DNA of 32,000 nucleotides from contig NZ_CP036280.1 in the NCBI RefSeq assembly GCF_007748075.1, positions 1,050,001 to 1,082,000 of the forward strand. Direction: 5' to 3'. The position numbers were made by a program, and so were the translations under genes. Positions 26,266 to 32,000 of this stretch are shown here, piece after piece. The notes under the pieces are model-generated. The model made no database searches. It saw only the letters and a program-made list of their open reading frames with translations, and had not been told where the DNA came from. The DNA comes from Mucisphaera calidilacus (lineage in GTDB: Bacteria; Planctomycetota; Phycisphaerae; Phycisphaerales; Phycisphaeraceae). The stretch's first letter is position 1. Each line of letters begins with the position of its first letter.

Positions 26266-26760
26266 TCACGCGGTCGGCATCTGCTCAATCATCCGCTCGA
26301 TATACCGCAGGGCATTGAGTTCCATGCGGATGGCCTGCGCCCGTCCGGCACCCTGCTCGAAGTGCCGTGCAACGGCCCCCAGGTGCTGGGCACGCGCCTT
26401 ATCGGCCCATGTTCTCATGGCAGCGAGTTGCTCGGGGTCGTTCGACGCCACCGCCTGCTCCAGTCGCTCACGCACATCCATCATGTCCATCAGAAACGCA
26501 TCGGGCAGGGCCTTGTCGTCGACCTTGGCGTCCGGCGCGAACAGGTCGAGCAGAGCACGCGCCCGCCGCTCGGGATCGAGCAGAACATCACGCGCCTCGT
26601 TCAACACCGAGGCTTTCTCAGCCGCCTCCGCCTGCTCGATCGGATCCGTAAACCGGTCCGGGTGCGCCGATGCGGCCAGACCGAGATACGCAGACTCAAC
26701 GGCCTCCGCGTCAAGATCAAAACGCTCCTCGAGTCCCAGCTCAGCAAAAGGGTTCACCAC
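26266..26760 (-). CDS. hscB: J-domain Fe-S cluster co-chaperone HscB-like protein
   Basis: 164 aa with an N-terminal J-domain carrying HPD (AASAHPDRF). The C-terminal helical domain has the HscB-type LPDAFLMDMMDVRERLEQ block (compare E. coli FLMEQLELREEL). GTG start is preceded by AAGGAG, which overlaps the TAA stop of the upstream ATPase gene. Confidence 0.7.
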   Translation of the reverse strand: MVNPFAELGLEERFDLDAEAVESAYLGLAASAHPDRFTDPIEQAEAAEKASVLNEARDVLLDPERRARALLDLFAPDAKVDDKALPDAFLMDMMDVRERLEQAVASNDPEQLAAMRTWADKARAQHLGAVARHFEQGAGRAQAIRMELNALRYIERMIEQMPTA

Positions 26761-26767
26761 GCACTCC

Positions 26768-27835
<1,068 letters not shown>

Positions 27836-27850
27836 GGCAATCCTCAGCTC

Positions 27851-29080
27851 TTAGCGCACGGTGCGCGGGTCGATGGCGTCACGCAGGGCCTCGCCGATCA
27901 GGTTGTACGCAAACACGGTCAGGAAAATCGCACCACCCGGGAACAACGCGATCCACCACAGGAACGACCCCGAACTCTGCGCCTGATTCAACAACTGCCC
28001 CCAGCTAGGTTCCTCGATCAGACCGAGCCCGAGAAAACTCAGCGTGGCCTCGGCGAGAATCGCGCTGGCCACACCGAAGCTCGCGCTCACGATCACAGGC
28101 GTCAGACCGTTCGGCAGGATGTGCTTGAACAGGATCGAGTGCAGCGGCAGACCCGCTGCCCGAGCCGCGAGCACGAAGTCCTGGTTCCGCAGCTTCAGGA
28201 ACTCCGCACGCACGAAACGCGCGTAGCTGGTCCAGCTCGTCAACCCGATGATCCCCATGATCAGGTAGATGCGGTGGATCTGGATGCCCGGGAGAATCTC
28301 GGGCTGGTCGCCCGGAAAAAAGGCCGAAAAAATCAGCAGCAGGTAGAGCTGCGGGATGAACTCGAAAATCTCCACAAGACGCATCCCGACGAGATCGATC
28401 GTCTTGCCGAAGTAACCCATCGGCGCACCGAGCAGGATGCCGATGACGGCCGCCAGACCCGTCGAGATAAATCCGATCGCGATTGCGATCCGCGATGCAT
28501 GAATCATCCGGCTCGCCATGTCCTGCTGAAGACGGTCCTGACCGAGCCAGTGGTTGTAGGTGTTCGGCGGGGCCCACCAGGGCGCCGCGGTGTCGCGATC
28601 GTCACGGTCACGCAGGCGGTCGTTGGGCGAATAGACAATCGGCGTCCGCAGAATCACGTCAACGCTGCCCTCCGCCTCGGCAACACGGTATCGCTCATAA
28701 ACCACCGTCTCCGGCGGGTCGAGATACAAACTCCCCAGCGTCGCGATCATGACCGCAATTCCGAGCAAGGCCACCCAACGCCACAGGATCGATCCACCCA
28801 CAAAAAACAGGATGACGCCCACGGTAACCGTACTCATCAGCGTCAGGTCCGTCGTGCTCAGGTGCTCGATCCACGGGCTGCGCAGCGCACCATCCTCATG
28901 GATCAACAGCGGGTGACTGCTCGCCAGCAGGGGGGCGAAGACACCCAACAACGCGATGAGACCGATCCAGGCCAGCCCCAGACGCGCACCCAACCGACGC
29001 CAGGTCTCGGACAACGCCTCGGCAATCAGACCACGCGACGCGGGCCGTGTCGGAACAGGCTCGGCGGGGATCGCGCTCAT
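27851..29080 (-). CDS. ABC transporter permease, OppC/DppC-like, with an extended N-terminal region
   Basis: Multi-TM protein with the binding-protein-dependent transport signature region and the C-terminal NLIGEALRDAIDPR typical of OppC/DppC. The ATG overlaps the upstream permease stop (ATGA at 29077-29080). Confidence 0.88.
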   Translation of the reverse strand: MSAIPAEPVPTRPASRGLIAEALSETWRRLGARLGLAWIGLIALLGVFAPLLASSHPLLIHEDGALRSPWIEHLSTTDLTLMSTVTVGVILFFVGGSILWRWVALLGIAVMIATLGSLYLDPPETVVYERYRVAEAEGSVDVILRTPIVYSPNDRLRDRDDRDTAAPWWAPPNTYNHWLGQDRLQQDMASRMIHASRIAIAIGFISTGLAAVIGILLGAPMGYFGKTIDLVGMRLVEIFEFIPQLYLLLIFSAFFPGDQPEILPGIQIHRIYLIMGIIGLTSWTSYARFVRAEFLKLRNQDFVLAARAAGLPLHSILFKHILPNGLTPVIVSASFGVASAILAEATLSFLGLGLIEEPSWGQLLNQAQSSGSFLWWIALFPGGAIFLTVFAYNLIGEALRDAIDPRTVR

Positions 29081-30183
29081 TCGTACGTCACCCTCGGATC
29101 AGCCACCGCGTAGAGCAGGTCCGCGACGAGATACGCCACCAACGTCATCACGCCGCTGATGAGCGTCACCGCCATCACGACTTCCTGATCCTTCAACTCA
29201 ATCGACTGGATCATCAGACGACCCATGCCCGGGATACCGAAGATCGACTCCACGATGATCGAACCGCCAAGCAGGCCAGGGATGATAAACGCCGTCACGG
29301 TGATCAGCGGCAGCATGCTGTTGGCCAAAGCGTGCGACCACAGCACCTCGTGATCCGGTAACCCCTTGGCACGCGCCGTGCGGATGTAGTCGGCAGACAG
29401 ACTCTCGACAACAGCGCCACGAGCCAGCTTGCTCAGGAACGCAAGGCTGCCGTAACTCAAACAAGCCACGGGCAAAACCAGATGCCACATCCAGTCGAGC
29501 AGGTAACCCGGCTCGTAGCCGCCGTCGGACCAACCCGGGAAGAAGGCCATGTCCTCGCTGCCCAGCGAGTGCAGGCCCGTGCTCGGGAACCACGCCAGAT
29601 ACTCACGGTTCGCCAGAAAACCCTGCAGCAGAACACCCGCCCAGATCACGGGAATCGACCACAACGCCAGCAGGATGATCCCCGAGGTGATGTCGAAGCC
29701 CTTGCCGCGTGCACGAGCCGCGTAGATGCCGACGCCGATGGCAAGGAAATAAGCCCCAGGCAGCGCCAGCAGATTCAGCGTCAGCGTGATCGGCAACGCC
29801 TCGCCGATGAGGTCGAGGACGGGCCGATTCTTGATGAAACTCTGTCCCAGGTCCGGCCACTTCAAGCCAAACGAACGAGCGACGCCCTCATCGGTCTCGC
29901 CCGCCGGGACGCCCAGCCCGACATCACCCTCGAACACGCCAACCGGCGAGACACGGTGCATCCAGCTCCCGAGCTGGACATACCAGGGCTGGTCCAGACC
30001 GTAGCGTTCTTCGAGGTACCGCACGCGTGCCTCGGTGTCACCCGGCGTGAGCTCGCCCTCCGCGCTCAGCAGCAACTCCGACACGTCCCCCGGCGCCGCC
30101 TTCATGATGCCGAACACCAGCAGCAGAATCCCGAGGAGCGTCGGGATCATCAGCAGCGTTCGTCGGATCAGGTAGACCAGCAT
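29077..30183 (-). CDS. ABC transporter permease, OppB/DppB-like
   Basis: MLVYLIRRTLLMIPTLLGILLLVF N-terminus, the YIRTARAKGL motif and the C-terminal DLLYAVADPRV, all typical of OppB/DppB. Confidence 0.9.
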   Translation of the reverse strand: MLVYLIRRTLLMIPTLLGILLLVFGIMKAAPGDVSELLLSAEGELTPGDTEARVRYLEERYGLDQPWYVQLGSWMHRVSPVGVFEGDVGLGVPAGETDEGVARSFGLKWPDLGQSFIKNRPVLDLIGEALPITLTLNLLALPGAYFLAIGVGIYAARARGKGFDITSGIILLALWSIPVIWAGVLLQGFLANREYLAWFPSTGLHSLGSEDMAFFPGWSDGGYEPGYLLDWMWHLVLPVACLSYGSLAFLSKLARGAVVESLSADYIRTARAKGLPDHEVLWSHALANSMLPLITVTAFIIPGLLGGSIIVESIFGIPGMGRLMIQSIELKDQEVVMAVTLISGVMTLVAYLVADLLYAVADPRVTYE

Positions 30184-30195
30184 CGAGTCAGGACC

Positions 30196-32000
30196 TCACT
30201 GACGAAACTGCATCTCAGCAGGGACATACCACTCGATCGGCACCGGCCACGTCGAGGTGTAGTTCATCCCCACCACCGGCATCTCGTGAACGTTGGCGAA
30301 CCGGTCATCCAGCCAGAAGCGGACCTTGGATCGGAACAGGAACGTGTAAGGCTGATCCTCATGAAGAATACGGTGGCACTGACGCCAGATCTCCATGCGC
30401 TCCTCACGATCGAGCGTGACGTGCGCCTTCTCGATGAGCGCGTCCAAATCGGGGTTGCTGTAGGCATTGCGGTTGTCCCCATTGGGGATGTTGCGGCTGT
30501 GGAACATCTGCTCGATGTCGCCCTCGAAACCGCCCGCGCCCCAGCCGAGCGTGATCGCCTCGAAATCCTTGCTGTTCATCGACTGGAGCAGCAGAGCCCA
30601 CTTCTGCGGGTTCAACTCAAGGTTGATACCCGCCAACGCGTACTGGTCCTTGAAGGCGAGCATGATCTTCTGCCCCAGGTCGCTGCCCGCCGGATACGTG
30701 ATCTGAATCTTGAACGGCTCACCCTCAGGCGTCAGCATCGTGCCCTTGTCGTCCCGGCGGAAACCCGCCTCCTCAAGCAATGCGATCGCACGATCCGGGT
30801 CGTAAGGCCAAGGCTCGATGCTCGGGTCGTCCTGATCGCCAATCTCGTGGAACGGGCCGCTGGTGACGGTCGAGAATCCGAGGAAGATCTCCTCGCACAC
30901 ACGCTCGCGGTCCAGCAGCATCGTCAGGGCCTGGCGGACGCGTCTGTCGGCATAAAGCGTCGGCTCGCCGCCACGCACCTGGTTCCACGCGATGTAGCGG
31001 TAACCCGAACGAATCTGCTCGTACACAAAATGCTGAGTCCGATCGAGCATCACCGGATCCTCAAGCAGCGCCAGGTGCTGCTCGGGCGTCGGCAGGTGCA
31101 GGTCGATCTCGCCGTTGCGGAAAGCCAGGTCCATCGCCTGATCGCTCTGGATGATGCGGTAGACAATGCGGTCGAGGCTCGGCGACACGCCCCAGTAACG
31201 GTCGTTGCGGAGCAGCACGATCGTCTCGCCAGGCGTGTAACGCGTCGGGTCGGCGATACGGTACGGGCCCGTCCCCAGCAGCAGCGCCGGGTGCTGACGG
31301 ATCTGCTCGTCGGTGTACTGGCTCAGGAATTTCTTGCTGTGGATCATGATCCCGAACACCGCGCGGTAAAGGTTCTCATAAAAAACCTTCTCGAAATCAA
31401 TCCGCACCGTGTAATCGTCGATCTTCTCGCAGCCGGTGATATGCCGGTAATACTGAATCAGCCGGCCGTCCACGATGTTGGCGTTCCGGATCAGCCCGAA
31501 GCTGTAGACCACGTCATCAGCGGTCATCGGGTCGCCGTTGGAAAAGGTGACGTTGCGCCGGAGCCTGACGGTGACCGAGAGTCCGTCATCGGCCATCTGC
31601 CAGCCCTCCGCGAGGAGAGGCACCAGCTCGCGCTTCTCAAGGTCGTAGGTCGCCAGTGGCTCTAGAACCTTGGTGTAAACCACGCGGCTGTAGACATCAC
31701 CCGACGTCAACTCATTGATCTTGGGCACCTCGGACTGAAAAGCGTCGACAAGCCAATCCCCCTGAGCGTAATCGGGTCGCTGCTTGACGGCACGCAAGCG
31801 GCGAAAGGGGCTGTTGTCGTCGGGCGCTGCTGTCGTGGTCGCCAGCGATTCCTCGATAACCGCGCCCCGCGCAGGCAACTCGGCGATCTGCTGCCTGATC
31901 GCCGTGAGGTCCTTGGTCTGGTTGCTGATCGAGTCCTCGATCACGTTCAGCCTGGACCACTGCCGGTCGTTCTGGATCATCCCGACCCACAGGGTGACGA
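30196..32000 (-). CDS. ABC transporter substrate-binding protein, family 5 (peptide/nickel type); the 5' end probably lies beyond the window
   Basis: Family-5 SBP-like sequence (…VRLRRNVTFSNGDPMTADDVVYSF…, GTGPYRI, …LNPQKW…). The track starts at ATG 31980, but that N-terminus (MIQNDRQWSRL…) has no signal peptide. The frame stays open to the edge and reads VTLWVG just upstream, which looks like the end of a TM or signal segment. Confidence 0.82.
   Translation of the reverse strand, partial: VTLWVGMIQNDRQWSRLNVIEDSISNQTKDLTAIRQQIAELPARGAVIEESLATTTAAPDDNSPFRRLRAVKQRPDYAQGDWLVDAFQSEVPKINELTSGDVYSRVVYTKVLEPLATYDLEKRELVPLLAEGWQMADDGLSVTVRLRRNVTFSNGDPMTADDVVYSFGLIRNANIVDGRLIQYYRHITGCEKIDDYTVRIDFEKVFYENLYRAVFGIMIHSKKFLSQYTDEQIRQHPALLLGTGPYRIADPTRYTPGETIVLLRNDRYWGVSPSLDRIVYRIIQSDQAMDLAFRNGEIDLHLPTPEQHLALLEDPVMLDRTQHFVYEQIRSGYRYIAWNQVRGGEPTLYADRRVRQALTMLLDRERVCEEIFLGFSTVTSGPFHEIGDQDDPSIEPWPYDPDRAIALLEEAGFRRDDKGTMLTPEGEPFKIQITYPAGSDLGQKIMLAFKDQYALAGINLELNPQKWALLLQSMNSKDFEAITLGWGAGGFEGDIEQMFHSRNIPNGDNRNAYSNPDLDALIEKAHVTLDREERMEIWRQCHRILHEDQPYTFLFRSKVRFWLDDRFANVHEMPVVGMNYTSTWPVPIEWYVPAEMQFRQ

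Overview
High-GC window (about 65% G+C on the lines I sampled by eye), gene-dense, with 22 protein genes (20 on the minus strand) and one tRNA. All family calls come from reading motifs in the supplied translations; no HMM or BLAST search was possible.

Gene order, left to right:
- mnmE (truncated) <- yidC
- rseP <- dxr <- rne (RNase E-like, with a long charge-block tail)
- ptsI <- metK
- a divergent 606-aa Pro-punctuated coiled-coil protein -> fumC
- a convergent minus-strand operon: acyltransferase-3 <- gcvT <- ftsI <- ftsL-like <- 3xLysM membrane protein <- rsmH
- tRNA-Leu(CAG)
- a secreted PHP-domain / 2x DNRLRE-like / PEP-CTERM surface protein
- a compositionally deviant (about 50-55% GC) second acyltransferase-3 gene
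- hscB-like J-protein <- single ATPase <- permease <- permease <- family-5 solute-binding protein (runs off the right edge)

I see no CRISPR array, IS element or transposase, integrase, prophage gene or recognisable defence or toxin system. This is mostly core housekeeping DNA.

The more unusual items are:
- the LysM protein embedded in a short, rewired dcw fragment
- the exported PHP/PEP-CTERM protein
- the apolipoprotein-like coiled-coil protein
- the four K/R blocks in the RNase E tail
- the low-GC acyltransferase next to an orphan hscB fused to a peptide-type ABC operon

The PEP-CTERM signal, the long basic YidC tail, the patchy Shine-Dalgarno use and the GC content suggest a Planctomycetota-like organism (for example Phycisphaerae). 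This is inference only.
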